Shown here in pieces: positions 31,257 to 44,109 of a stretch of 64,000 nucleotides of DNA. The notes beneath the pieces were generated by a model, which was given only the letters and a program-made list of their open reading frames with translations, did not search any database and had not been told where the DNA came from. The position numbers and the translations under genes were made by a program. Source of the DNA: the human T2T-CHM13v2.0 reference genome, Homo sapiens; assembly GCF_009914755.1 (NCBI RefSeq), contig NC_060939.1. One strand, 5' to 3'. Each line of letters opens with the position of its first letter. The first letter of the stretch is position 1.

Positions 31257-31423
31257 TGCTATGGTCTTAATGTTTGTGTGCCCCTCTCCAAATTTACATG
31301 TAGAAACTTAATCCCCGGTGTGATAGCATTGGGTGTGGGTCCTTTGGGGAAATAATTTAGGAGGTCTCTAATCTTGGAAATGGAATTAGTACCCTTGTGA
31401 AGGAGGTTGAAGGGAGTAATCCT
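31257..31423 (+). mobile_element. MLT1A/MSTC-type LTR 5' fragment
   Basis: tgctatggtcttaatgtttgtgtgcccctctccaaatttacatgtagaaacttaatcccc...attagtacccttgtgaagg. Confidence 0.8.
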
Positions 31424-31770
31424 ATCCTACTTTTCAAAGGAAGAAACTGAAACTTACAAAGGTTAATAAAACCTTGGTGAACTCACACAGCTACTACATG
31501 ATCTATTTGGAATTTGAATTCAGGCCCGTAACTAGAAAGCCTGTGCTCTTAACAGGTGCATTATATTGTTTCAACACTTGCTGACTGCCTACTGATTGCA
31601 ATATTTCATTTAATAGCCACACACAATTCTTCGGGATGTGCCAAAACCTTATATTTTACTGATAAGGAAACTGACACCCAGAGAAATTAATTAACTTGTC
31701 CAGGGTCACACAATAACAAAACAGTAAGTTCTAGGTCCATGCTTTTAACACTGCTCTTAACTGCTTCCCT
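31424..31770 (-). mobile_element. Two MIR fragments
   Basis: ggaagaaactgaaac...aaggttaa; attttactgataaggaaactgacacccagag...acttgtccagggtcacaca. Confidence 0.8.
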
Positions 31771-32888
31771 AAATACCTTCCCAATGATGATCCAAATCCA
31801 ACCCACATCATCACTTTCAACAATCCTGTTTCTTCATAGTTCCTGGGAATGGAATAGAAAATAAGCTAAATGATTTAATTTATTCTAGAGTACAGTTCTC
31901 CAAGTATCCATTTACGACTTTGTAGTATCAAAGAAAAGTGAATTCCCAGGGATGCAGTGCTGGGGGATATACACCTAGCACTAGAAAGAAATACCTTCAA
32001 GACTTCTCAATTTTTTCCATATGGCCCATGTTTATCATAACTAGAAAATAATGTATTATATTAAGGAGAAATGAGTTTTCTACCTGCATTAGTTAATACA
32101 CAGGGTATCTGTCATGGAGTCTACTAATTTAAAAGAACTGAGCTGAACTGAAGACAGCTAGCATCAGGATCCATACACGGGCAATTTCTCTCATTTTTTT
32201 TTAGTGTCATTATTTCCGAGAACCCAGACTTACATAAATGTGGTTAAAAACAGTAAGTATTTACTCACTGCGTGAGGCAATCAATCACTAAGGTGAGCTT
32301 AGAGTAGAATATAGCCAGAGAGTTAGCATGATGGAATACTATCAGGCTGCTATAAGCAGAAACCTTAATAAGCACATCTGCTTACTGAGAAATAACATCA
32401 CTCAATGTCACATGTTGGGCCAAAAGAGCTTATAATTTATTTACTTAAAATTAAGATTAAATAATTAATGGTCCTACTTCTGGTTCTCAAATATCATTTT
32501 CATGATATTTCTTACCTATTGTAATAATTGACATGCCTGGTTGAAATTTCCTTTAAAAATTATTTTACCATAAAGTATTTTATATACTACCTTTCTTCAA
32601 GAGATATTTTTAGTATCTTTTGCACAGGTATGGACAAAAACTTAGGATTATAAAAATTTTTTTTTAATGTTTTTGTTCCCTGAAATGTTTTAATAAAACC
32701 GATACTTGAGGGAAGTGTGCTATTTTACCAGCTTTGAGTAACTTTTCTTAGCACTGTTTTAGGGAAGGGTGGTTAATCACAGTATGTAGGTAGAATACAG
32801 TTATTAAAACTGGTCTTTTCAATAAACGACACTCAAGAAATTATGCATCTATACGGGCAAGAAAAACAAAATGAAGTCTCTACCTCAC

Positions 32889-32990
32889 TTTTTTTTTTTA
32901 GACGGAGTTTCGCTCCTTTTGCCCAGGCTGGAGCGTAATGGCTCAATCTCGGCTCACTGAAACCTTTGCTTCCCTGCAACCTTTGCCTCC
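32889..32990 (-). mobile_element. AluSp/Sq 3'-end fragment (~100 nt)
   Basis: polyT + agacggagtttcgctccttttgcccaggctggag; ends in a 17-bp internal duplication. Confidence 0.9.
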
Positions 32991-33032
32991 TAGTATTAGT
33001 TTTTTTTTTTTTTTTAATTAATATGAGGCAGA

Positions 33033-33343
33033 GGCCAGGTGCGGGGTGGCTCAGGCCTGTAATCCCAGCACTTTGGGAGGCCAAGGCAGGTGGATCACCT
33101 GAGGTCAGGAGTTCGAAACCCACCTGGCCAACATGGTGATCCCCATCTCTACCAAAAATACAAAAAATTAGCTGGGTGTGGTGGCACGTGCCTATAATCC
33201 CCCAGATACTCTGGAGGCTGAGGCGGAAGAATCGCTTGAACCTAGGAGGCAGAGGTTGCAGTGAGCTAAGACTGCACCATTGCACTACAGCCTGGGCAAC
33301 AAGAGCAAAACTTCATCTCAAAAAAAAAAAAAAAAAAAAAAAA
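33033..33343 (+). mobile_element. AluSq-like
   Basis: Full dimer, gggcaacaagagcaaaac diagnostic, long A tail. Confidence 0.95.
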
Positions 33344-34512
33344 TTAATACCAAATGGACAAGAGACTAAAAGTAAAACCTCAAGAATATAGGAGAATATC
33401 TTCTTTACTTTGGGATGGGATATTTTAAAAGAAGAGCAAAAACAACCTTTATAAAAGACAATATTGATAAATCTGACATACTAATATTAAGAACTTTTGT
33501 TCATCAAAAGAACCAAAAGACAATAAAAACACAGCTCAATAACAGGAGTAGATATGTTTAATACATTTGAATAACCTAGGACTAGTGTCCAGAACACACA
33601 GGATATTCTAACAATCAGTAGAAAAACGTGCAAAAGATTTGAACAGGCATGTCACAAAAGAAGAAACCCAAATGGCCAATAAATATGAAAAGGTGCCTCA
33701 ACCTATCTGCCAAAAAACAAATGTACATTAAAATCTTGGCAAGATAGCACTGTCTACCTACAAAAGTAGCAAAAATCAAAATGTCTGATAATAACAAGCG
33801 CTGGAAAGAAAGGAAGCAACAAGACTTTTATATACTGCTGGTAGAAATGCAAATTGGTACAATTTCTTTGGAAAACTATTTAGCATTATCAAGAAAAGAT
33901 AAAGAGAGACATATGTTATGACCCAGGAACTCTGCTTGCTAGAGAAATTTTTGCACAAATACCAGGATACATGCTTACAGGCACATTTTTCATAAAAATA
34001 ATCCAAATGTCCATCAACAGTGGAATGGATAAATACCACTGTGACAAATTCATACAATGGCACATTATACAGTAATGGAAATAAAACTGTATAACATAAA
34101 TTCTCGAAAACATAATTTTGATAGAAGGAAGCCATCAAAATGCAGACAGTAGGATTCCATTTACATGAAGTTCAAAACTAGACATGTTTAACTAACATGT
34201 GGTGTTTAGAAACAGACCCTTAAGTGATAAAACCATAAAGAAAAGGAAGTCGCTTCTTAAAAGTCAAATTAATAGTTTATCATAAAATGCAGAGAAAGGA
34301 GTGTAATTAGCAAAATAAACAGGAGCGGACAAAAGGGTTCTGGGATGCTGACAATGTCCTATTTCTCAATTAGTAGTCACTGAGGTTTTTGCCTTCATAG
34401 TTTTCATTATTTTGTGCAAGTAAGTATCTGTGTACTGTATTACATAAGGCAAGAGGTTTCAAAGATACATTTTTAAATAGTCCAAAAATAGTTAGTTTAC
34501 ATAATAATAGAA

Positions 34513-36744
34513 AATACCACTGAACGCACAGAAATACAAGCAACAATTGGAGAATATTATGAATACCTCTATGCACATAAACTAGAAAATCTAGAAGTGG
34601 ATAAATTCCTGGACACATACACCCTCCCAAGACTGAACCAGGAAGACACTGAATTCCTGAACAGATCCATAATGAGCTCTGAAATGGATGCAGTAATAAA
34701 TAGCCAATCAACCAAAAAAAGCCCAGGATCAGAAGGATTCACAGCTGAAGTCTATCAGGTATACAAAGAAGAGCTAGTACTATTCCTACTGAAACTGTTC
34801 CAAAAAATTGAGGAGGGACTCCCCCCCAGTTCATTCTATGAGGTCAGCATTATCCTGATACCAAAACCTGGAAGAGATACAACAAAGAAAACTTGAGGCC
34901 AATATCCTTGAAGAACATCAATGCAAAATTCTCAACAAAATACTGGCAATCCAAATCCAGCAACACATCAAAAAGCTTATCCACCATGATGAAGTAGGTC
35001 TCATCTCTGGGATGGAAGGTTGGTTCAACATATGCAAATAAATAAATGTGACTCCTCACATAAACAGAATTAAAGACAAAAAACCCCCACATGATTATCT
35101 CAATAGAGACAGAGAAGGCTTTTGATAAAATTCAACATCCCTTCATGTTAAAAACTCTCAATAAAGTAGGTATTAAAATAACATACCTCAAAATAATAAG
35201 AGCCATCTACGACAAACCCACAGCCAACATCATACTGACTGGGCAAAAGCTGGAAACATTATCCTTGAAAGCCGGCACAAGACAAGGATGCCTTCTCTCA
35301 CCACACCTATTCAACATAGTATTGGAAGTCCTGGCCAGGGCAATCAGGCAAGAGAAAAAAATAAAGGACATCCAAATAGAAACGGAGGAAGTCAAACTAT
35401 CCTTGTTTGCAGATGACACGATCCTATATCTAGAAAACCCCATTGTCTCAGTCCAAAAGCTTAAGCTGATAAACAGCTTCAGCAAAATCTCATGATACAA
35501 AATCAATGTGCAAAAATCACTAGCATTCCTACACACCAACAACAGTCAAGCGAAGAGGCAAATGAGGAACAAATTCCCATTCCATATTGCCACAAAAAGA
35601 ATAAAATACCTAGGAATACAGTCAACTAGGGAGGTAAAAGATCTCTATAAGGAGAACTACAAACCACTGCTCAAAGAAATTAGAGATGATAAAAACAAAT
35701 GGAAAAACACTCCATGCTCATGGATAAGAAGACTCAATATTGTTAAAATGGCCACACTGCCCAAAGCAATTTATTAGATTCAATGCTATTCCCATTAAAC
35801 TATCATTGATATTCTTCACAGAACTAAAAAAAGAAAAATTTTTTTTAAATTCATATGGAAGCAGAAAAGAGCCAAAATAGCTAAGGCAATCCAAAATAAA
35901 AAGAAGAAAGCTGGAGGCATCATGCTACCCAACTTTAAACTATATTACAGGGCTACGATAACCAAAACAGCATGGTACTGGTACGAAAACAGACACATAG
36001 ACGAATGGAACAGAATAGAGAGCCCAGAAATAAGGCCACACACCTACAACTATCTGATCTTCGACAAACCTGACAAAAACAAGCAATGGGGAAAGGATTC
36101 CCTATTGAATGAATAGTGATGCAATACCTGGCTAGCCATATACAGAAGATTTAAACTGGACCCATTCCTTATACCATGTACAAAAATTAACTCAAGATGG
36201 ATCAAAGACTTAAATGTAAAATCCGAAACTAAAAACCCTGGAAGACAACCTAGGCAATACCATTCAGGACACAGGCAAAGATCTTATGATGAAGACACCG
36301 AAAGCAATTGCAACAAAAGCAAAAACTAACAAATGGTATCTCATTAAACTGAAGAGCTATTGCACAGAAAAAGAAACTATCAAGAGAGTAAACAGATAAC
36401 CTACAGAATGGGAGAAAACTTTTGCAAACTATGCATCTGACAAAGGCCTAATACCTGGCATCTATAAGGAACTTTTTTTTAATAAGGAACTTAAATTTAC
36501 AAGATAAAAACCAATAACCCCATTACAAAGTGGGCAAAGGGCAAGAACAGACACTTTTGTAAAGAAGACATACAGGCAGACAACAATCATTTTTTAAAAA
36601 GTTCCACATCACTGATCATTAGAGAAATGCAAATCAAAACCACAATAAGATATCATCTCACACAGTCAGAATGGCTATGATTAAAATGTCAAAAAAATAA
36701 CAGATGCTGGTGAGGTTGTGGAGAAAAAGGAATGCTTATACACT
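34513..36744 (+). mobile_element. Primate L1 (older L1P) internal ORF2 segment lacking both ends
   Basis: ORFs 34597-34896, 35091-35495, 35508-35777 and 35922-36116 are L1 ORF2p RT pieces; stops at gcttatacact with no 3'UTR or polyA. Confidence 0.92.
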
Positions 36745-37989
36745 CAGTTTGATGACGTCTGACTACTGCTCACAACTATCTAAGCACCACCCAAAACAAA
36801 ATACACAACACTTTTTAATCACCCTAGAAATTTCCTTATGCCCCTTTCCAGTAAATTCTCCTTCTCTCAACACCTGCTTTTTGTTGTTTCTTTTTAAAAA
36901 ATACAAACCATTTATAAGTTAAATCTGTCATATTCATGAAATAACAACTCAATTTTTCTTTATAGTAGTCTTCCAAGGGAAGCTAGCTGAAAAACGTCTG
37001 AAAAACATCTTCATTTTACTTTGGGCTATATACTTGTCACCTTTTGACAAAATATGGGTGTCATACCAGCTATATTCAGTTATGTATCAGTTGCAATGAG
37101 GAAACAACTATGTAAGCTGAGAACATAGTGAAGGGATCAAAAGAGATTCCTAGTGTTGAATGCTTCCCATTTCTTCAGCTGAAGAATTCCAGCTGAAAAT
37201 AAGAGAAGCAGAACCACGGGGTTTGGAAGATGGGCAGTGTCTAGCAGGATCTGAACACAGTTTTCTGAATATAATTAGGTTGAAAAAGCTCTTAAGGCTT
37301 ACTGATTTATCTCTCTGAGCCTAGGCATGTGTTACATAGTCACAACAGTTGGCAAAAAGAGGAAAATGGTAGGGAAGAGTTTCTACCTTTCTACCTTATA
37401 CAGGTATCGGTGAATGGAATTTTACAAGATAAGTTTTGAAAATACCAAAGCATGGCATGGTTTGCTATAGGTATTATAATGTAAATTGTGATTTCACATA
37501 TCTCAATTCACTTCAAATCATCAATGCTGCCAGCTATGTGGTTTGCTTATTCAGATTCGAAAGAGTCACAGCTGAATCTCTATTTAAATTTGGCAGGATT
37601 CTATAAAGTCAGGAAAGGCAATTGGACAAACTCCATGTCCAATCCATCTGCTTAAACTGTTTACTTATAGTAACAGCATACACATGTCTCATGTTACTGA
37701 TAAACCACAGAAAAGGTTCTGGGATGCTGTTACTATCCAAACCTAAATGTAATGCTTATCATCACAAAGTAATGAGAAAAGTCAATGCAAATACAGATCG
37801 CATTCACTTGGACCAAATTTAATACAATGGTAAGAATAAGGAAAATACTTTTGCACATGTAAGAGTATTTTTTAAACTCTTTTTTGAAATAATTGAACAT
37901 TTCTTCAATAAAAAAATTTCTTCAATTTTGAAATAACATTTCTTCAATAAAAAATTTCTTTTATTTGGAGCAATTTATTTTACCTTAAA

Positions 37990-40900
37990 TTCTAAAAATT
38001 AATTTTATTATTAAACATAAACATACAGAAAAGTCAGAAAAATTAGCAAACATGTATGTACAAGTTAAATAATAATTTTAATTTGAACACTGTGTAACCA
38101 GTATCCAGTCAAGAAAAAGAAAACTAGAAGCACTGAAGAAGCCACCTATATGACTCTTTCTGATCACACATCTCACCCTTCTCTCTGAACAATCATGATC
38201 CTGATTTTTAGGAAATTTCTTTTTCTATTTTCTTTATAGTTTTACCACCTATGTGTATATTCCAAAACAATATAAGTCCTTTTGTCTTTTCTTGAACTTT
38301 ATATGACTGGAATTGTAACAGTATATATATTTTTTGGTGACTTGTTTCACTAAAAAGAGTTTGTGAGATATATCCATATTGTTATCCACAGATGTAGTTC
38401 ATTCATTTTTATGTTGAATAATAGTCCATTATATGAACATACCATAATTTGTATCTCCAGCTGTTGATGGATTCTTGCACTATTTTCCATATGTGGTGAT
38501 TATAAACAATGCTGCCATTGAACATTTGTGTATATCTTGCCTGGTGGATATATGCATTGCTTTCCATACAGTATATACCTAGAAGTGAAATATGATACAC
38601 ATGTCTACAAATTTAGTAGACAACAGCAGACTGTTTGCTACATGGTAGGCTCAACTTATGTTATCACAAACATTGTCTGTATGTTCCCACTGCTCTAGTT
38701 CTTTGCCAATACTTGGTATTTTCAGTCTAATTTTTGTCATTCTGATAAGTGAATCACATTATCACATTGAATTTTTAATTTGAATTGTCCTGATTATTAA
38801 AGAGGCTGACTATCTTCACATTTATTTTTTAGCTATTTGGATTTCTTTCAGAATGCCTATCCTCTTGACCATTATCCTACTGGTTTAGTTTGTTTTTGCA
38901 TTTCATTAATTTGTAGGAATTCCTTCTATACTCTGGATGCCACTCTTTTGTTGATTATATATATGTAAAATATTCTTCCCTTCTATTGCTTGTCTTGCTA
39001 CCCTCTTCCTGGTGCCTTTTGATGAACAAAAGTTCTTATTTTCAGTGCAGCCCAATTTATCAAGTTTCCCTTTATTGTTAATTTCTTTTGTGTCATTTTC
39101 TTGTCCAGGTAAAACTCTGAGGTAAAGAAGAGATTAGTCTATATTATCTTCTAAAAATTAGTTTTTTCTTTTCATATTTAGATCCATCTGGAATCAATTT
39201 TTTGTTTATGATGTGAGATAGAAGTAACATTTTTTAAAAAACAAGGATATTGAATCATTATAGCCTTTATTCACTAAATAGAGCACACTTTCCCACAACG
39301 TTTTGTGGTGCTTCCTTTTTCCATATGTGCATAGACAAGTACCTCACATGTCATGGATCAAGCATATATATATATATATATATATACAAATGGGACTGTT
39401 TATGAATTCAATTATGTTCCATTCTTCTTTTTCTCCGTCTTGTCTCCAATAGAACACTATCCTAATTACTGTGGCTTTATAAAAAGTGTTTATACTTGGT
39501 AGAGCAAATCTTCCCATATCGTTCCCTCTCCCTGCGCCACAAGTCTCTCTGTGTCGCCCAGGCTGGAGTGCAGTGGCGCGATCTTGGCTCACTGCAACTT
39601 CTGACTCCTGAGTTCGAGTGATTCTCCTGTCTCAGACTCCCAAGTAGCTGTGATTACAGGTGCCCACCACCACACCTGGCTAATTTTTTTTATTTTTAGT
39701 AGAGACGGGGTTTCGCCATGTTGGCCAGGCTGGTCTTGAATTCCTGTCATCAAGTGATCCACCCACCTCAGCCTCGCAAAGTGCTGGTCATATTGTTCTT
39801 TTTCAACAGGGTTTTGCATACTGTTTCATTGGATCTTTGAAATTCCATATTTTAGAATCTGCGCCTACATATTGTTCTTTAGAAATTCTAAATAGTGTTT
39901 TAGAATTTCCAAAGAACAAAGTGTTGGACTTTTAAATGAGATTTCACTGAATCTACAAATAAACTGGGTAGAAAAGAAAAATATACTATAGTGAGTTTTC
40001 CAATCCATAAACATTATAGATTTACTCCTAGATATTTAATATTTTGATAATATATAAATATAATTGATTTTTATATACTGCCCATTGTCTAGTACCCTTG
40101 TTAATCTAACTTATTTGTGCTATTTATCTGTAAATTATTTTAAATTTTCTATATATAACATATCATTTGCTAACAATGACTATTTCACTTTTTCTCTCAA
40201 ATCTTACAACTTTTATTTATTTATTTTTCCACTAGTTAGAACCCCCATTTTAAGCAGACGTCTTGACAGTAAATATTTTTTTTGTACACAATTTCAAAGG
40301 GAAAATTTTCAACATTTCACCAGTAAATATTATTTTGCTATAATTTTTTTGGTAGATTCAATTTGTCAGATTAAGGAAATTCCATTCTATTCCTGGTTTA
40401 CTATGAATCTTTATCATTAATTGATGCTGAACTTACCAAACGCTTTCGTTGTGTCTTTTGAGATGATATTTTTCCTTTTCTTCTGTTAATATGATAGATC
40501 ATAATTTTCCAATGTTAAAGCAAACTTAAATATCTTGAATAAATCCAACTTTGTTGTGATATATTATCCTTATTAGATATTGCATGATTCAGTTTGCTAA
40601 AATTTTGTTTAGGAATTCTGAATCCACATTTATGAATGAGATTGGTTTATAATTTTACTTTCTATAGTTTCACTGTGACGTTTGTGAACATGGATTTCTT
40701 TTTATTTACCCTGCTTGGGCATCATTGGGCTTCTCGAATCTGTAAATTGATTTGTAAGTTTTGGAAAGTTCTAAATGATTATCACTTCAAATACTTCTCT
40801 CTTCTCCTTTTGGAGCTCTAATTATACATAAATTAGACATTTTCATCATATATTATATCCTTTTTATACTCTTCTTTTCATTTTCTATATCTTTTTCTCT

Positions 40901-42500
40901 CCATGCTCAGTCTGGATTCTTTCTTATGATCTATCTTCCAGTGCTTGCTTTATTCTACTGTTACCTCACCTATAATTTTTGTAATTTTTATTACTAAAAT
41001 GTTCAGTTTTCAAATTCTGTTTTCTCAAATGTGCTATATATCTTTAAAAATAATTAATATTTATATCTTTGATCATTGTAAGCATAGTTCTGGAGCATCT
41101 GTAGGTCTGTTTCTATTGGTTTTTATGCATGTTGTCTTGTCCCTTTGTATGCTTAATTACCTTACTGTGCCAAACACTGCATTTGAAATTTATTTTGTTG
41201 AGATAATTTGAGACTTAGGTTGCTATTATCTTTCTCCAAAATAAATTTTCCAATTGCTTCTGTTAGCCACCTGGGGTATTAGCAATTTAGGATCATTTTA
41301 ATCTTTTTTCAGTGATTTGGATTTTCCCAGCCACCTACATGATTTGAAACTGAGCTGTCTGTGTAATGACTGGTGTACTTCCTGTCTACCCTTTTTCCTT
41401 GCACAGTCCTTTAAGATCCCAAACCAAAACATGAGTTTTTTTTGTCATAGTCCCTACCATTGATTGTCCTAGATGCCAACATTTTTTTTTTTCTCACCAG
41501 TCCTGCAAACAGTCTCAAAAGTACTAATCAAACTCATGTCCACTTCTTTTTGATCATCAACGGTACCTAGTCCCAAAATGCCAAATTTCTGGATCTTGGC
41601 CCAGTAATTATTCACTACTCTGTTTGCAGTTCAGTTTTATTTCATATTTTATCTAGTTTTATTGTCATCAGTGGAAGGACAGTTCTGAATTACCTGTCAC
41701 TATTGCTAAGTCCATTCCTATAGAAATTTTCAAGCTTACCTTTTATTTCCTCAGAAGATAGCAGGCATAGTTTTATAATCTGTGACTAGTAATAACATAG
41801 CCTTGCAGTTCTAGTTTCTGCTTACTTATCATGACTTACTTACTTTCAGGCTTATCTTTTCCCTATGGCTACTTGTCCTTGTAAAATTGTTTAACAGAAA
41901 CTATCTGAGGCCTAGAATGAAGGTGTCTTCTTCCAATGAGGATTTGTCTTCTCTTCTGCTTGATTCCTAAAGACACTGCAAATCAATCTAGGACAACTTT
42001 AAACCCAATTCACCATCTGAAATAATATGGGTGATGTGAATTTGAGCAGCAAATCTATGCCAGGGGTTGGACTATGGGTATAAATTCTGCATTGTGCCAA
42101 GGTGCTTTCTTCATAGTCCTGAGGGTGGGATAAGAAGGTTCATGATTATGTGATGGAGTAGGTTAATGTGGTCTTATCTTTATGAAAGGAAAATCGGAAA
42201 AATCTCCTATTAGACCTCATACCTAGGCAGCCCTTATACTTTTACTTTCATCACCTTACACGATGACACTTGTAAACCACAACTCACATTTGCCAATCTG
42301 GCACATGCTTTTTGGGGCAATTAAGTTATAAGCACAACTTTCTAAATTCTTGCCTTTTCTGTGGACTGGGAATTCCTTAATTACTTCTTAGCTATTTGAT
42401 GCTTTTAAGAAAACCGCTTTCTTCCCCACCTAGCATTTTCAGTTGTTTTTGTTGGGAGAGTTGATACCCAGTACCCTAGACCAAAGTATGTTAGTTAACA
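37990..42500 (-). mobile_element. Ancient L1ME (3' end, ORF2 and ORF1/5' remnants)
   Basis: gtagttcattcattttt...aataatagtccatt; gatccatctggaatcaatttt; gattaaggaaattccattctattcc; ORF1-like ggatttctttttatttaccctgcttggg. Confidence 0.75.
39542..39787 (-). mobile_element. AluS lacking polyA tail and first ~30 nt
   Basis: Dimer body present; flanked by catatcgttc (39515-39524) / catattgttc (39789-39798). Confidence 0.92.
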
Positions 42501-43780
42501 GAAGTGGCTTAAGATTTTTTTTAAAGCATAACACATATAAAAAGCTTACACACTTTTAATTTCTGAATGAAATCAGAAAACCCAAAAAACCAGAAGGAAC
42601 CTGAAATGCATAGTAAGTACTACAAAACCCAGGTCTCCTCAGTTTCCTGACCCCTTCCATGATAAGAGCGTTACTATACATCACAAGTTTAACCCGTTAG
42701 GTCTAAAATAGTTCTCAGAACTTTAGAAAAATTATCTAAAGGAACAGTGTGTCAAGCGATAGTAGAAAGCATCCATGTTTTGAGGTCTAAATTAAGCAAA
42801 TAAAGACGTCAAGATTCATCTCTCACCATTCCTCCATCAGTGCTTACACTTGCCCAAGTTCCACCATCCTACCTTGTCACTTCTAGACTATCTTCAAATA
42901 TCCTTCACTGGGTACCTGGCTTTGGCTCTAATGAGTTTGTTACTCCAGGCAGTTTTCCAAACAAAAAGGAATGGCTATTTACAATTCCTAGACTGAAATC
43001 ATAAATATCATCAGCTGAATTACACTGAAATGTCAGTATTACTCTATGGAAGTCTTCATAAAGTGAGTGTGTGTCTTGGCTAGGTAAAAAGGATTTTAGT
43101 TATAAAAGTAGCAAAAGGATCTTATTGTAGGTAAGTCTAAACTCTTAGGTGGTCCTGCAGTGTATACTCTGAGGACAGCTTTACAGCAAGTTTCTGACAC
43201 AGACCATTTAGACTGGGAGCCAGACAACATTTTTCTTCCCCAAATTATAAGAAATCAGTGGTATTTCAGTAAATTGCCCCTTTGTGAAGGAAATAACTTT
43301 AGGTAAATTTTCATACTGAATACTTTCTTATATAGATCATTTTGCCTTTTCCTCAAAAGTTCTATTACTTTAATCTAAAACAATATTCATGAGATAAGAT
43401 ACGTGTAGCAGTGTCTTCAAGCAATTGCCTTTTAATTCAAAGTACTCTATACTTTACAAAAATAATCAGTATATAAATAATTTTTTAAAAGATCAGAGAT
43501 TTTTCCTAAAGCACATTAAATCTTTAAATACTGCATTCTAGCAAATGTGTGACAAGTACTAGTTTCTGAACCTCTGATATCCTGAAAGGGATGTGTTACA
43601 CACAAGAACTGACTTTACAGCTCTGCCACAATGCCACACTGAATAGGCTGCTTTCGATTCCTCCAGACGACTGTACTGTCTGATGCCAAAATGTAGTTGA
43701 GCACTATCTTGCAAAGTTGGACACTGATATGCCTGAGAACCCCACAATTCCACCATTGAGGCATATGCCCTAGAGTAGAG

Positions 43781-43973
43781 CAGTGATTCTCAAAATATGG
43801 TCCTTGGACTAGCAGCATCAATATGACTTAGGAACTTGTTAGGAATACAAATTCTCCAGACCCACCCTAAACCTACTTAATCAGAAATCCGGGGCAGGAG
43901 CTGGGGGCAGCAATCTGTGTTTTAACAAGTTCTCTAGGCAATTCCGATGTAGACGAAAGCCTGAGACTCCCAG
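43781..43973. mobile_element. MER5A (hAT-Charlie MITE)
   Basis: cagtgattctcaaaatatggtcc...gcagcatc...aatcagaaat...caatctgtgttttaacaag...tgagac. Confidence 0.9.
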
Positions 43974-44044
43974 CTTTAAAGAAGTTCTTGTTTATTTACT
44001 TTGATACAAGAATGAGCAGCACTGTTTGCCCATGCTTGCGTGCA

Positions 44045-44045
44045 C

Positions 44046-44106
<61 letters not shown>
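44045..44106. repeat. Compound (CT)n(CA)n microsatellite
   Basis: Uninterrupted ~11 CT followed by ~20 CA. Confidence 0.97.

Positions 44107-44109
<3 letters not shown>

Larger units (their letters stand above)
32800..34500 (+). mobile_element. Ancient L1ME/L1M 3' portion interrupted by an Alu complex
   Basis: tctacctcac|...|aaaattaataccaaatgg; gcaaaagatttgaacaggca; aaatgtccatcaacagtggaatggataaa; ggttctgggatgctgacaatgtcctatttct. Confidence 0.8.

Noticed and set aside
31995-32040. 46-nt minus-strand exon-like unit
   Set aside because: Weak donor (gtattt), stops in all frames; at chance level.
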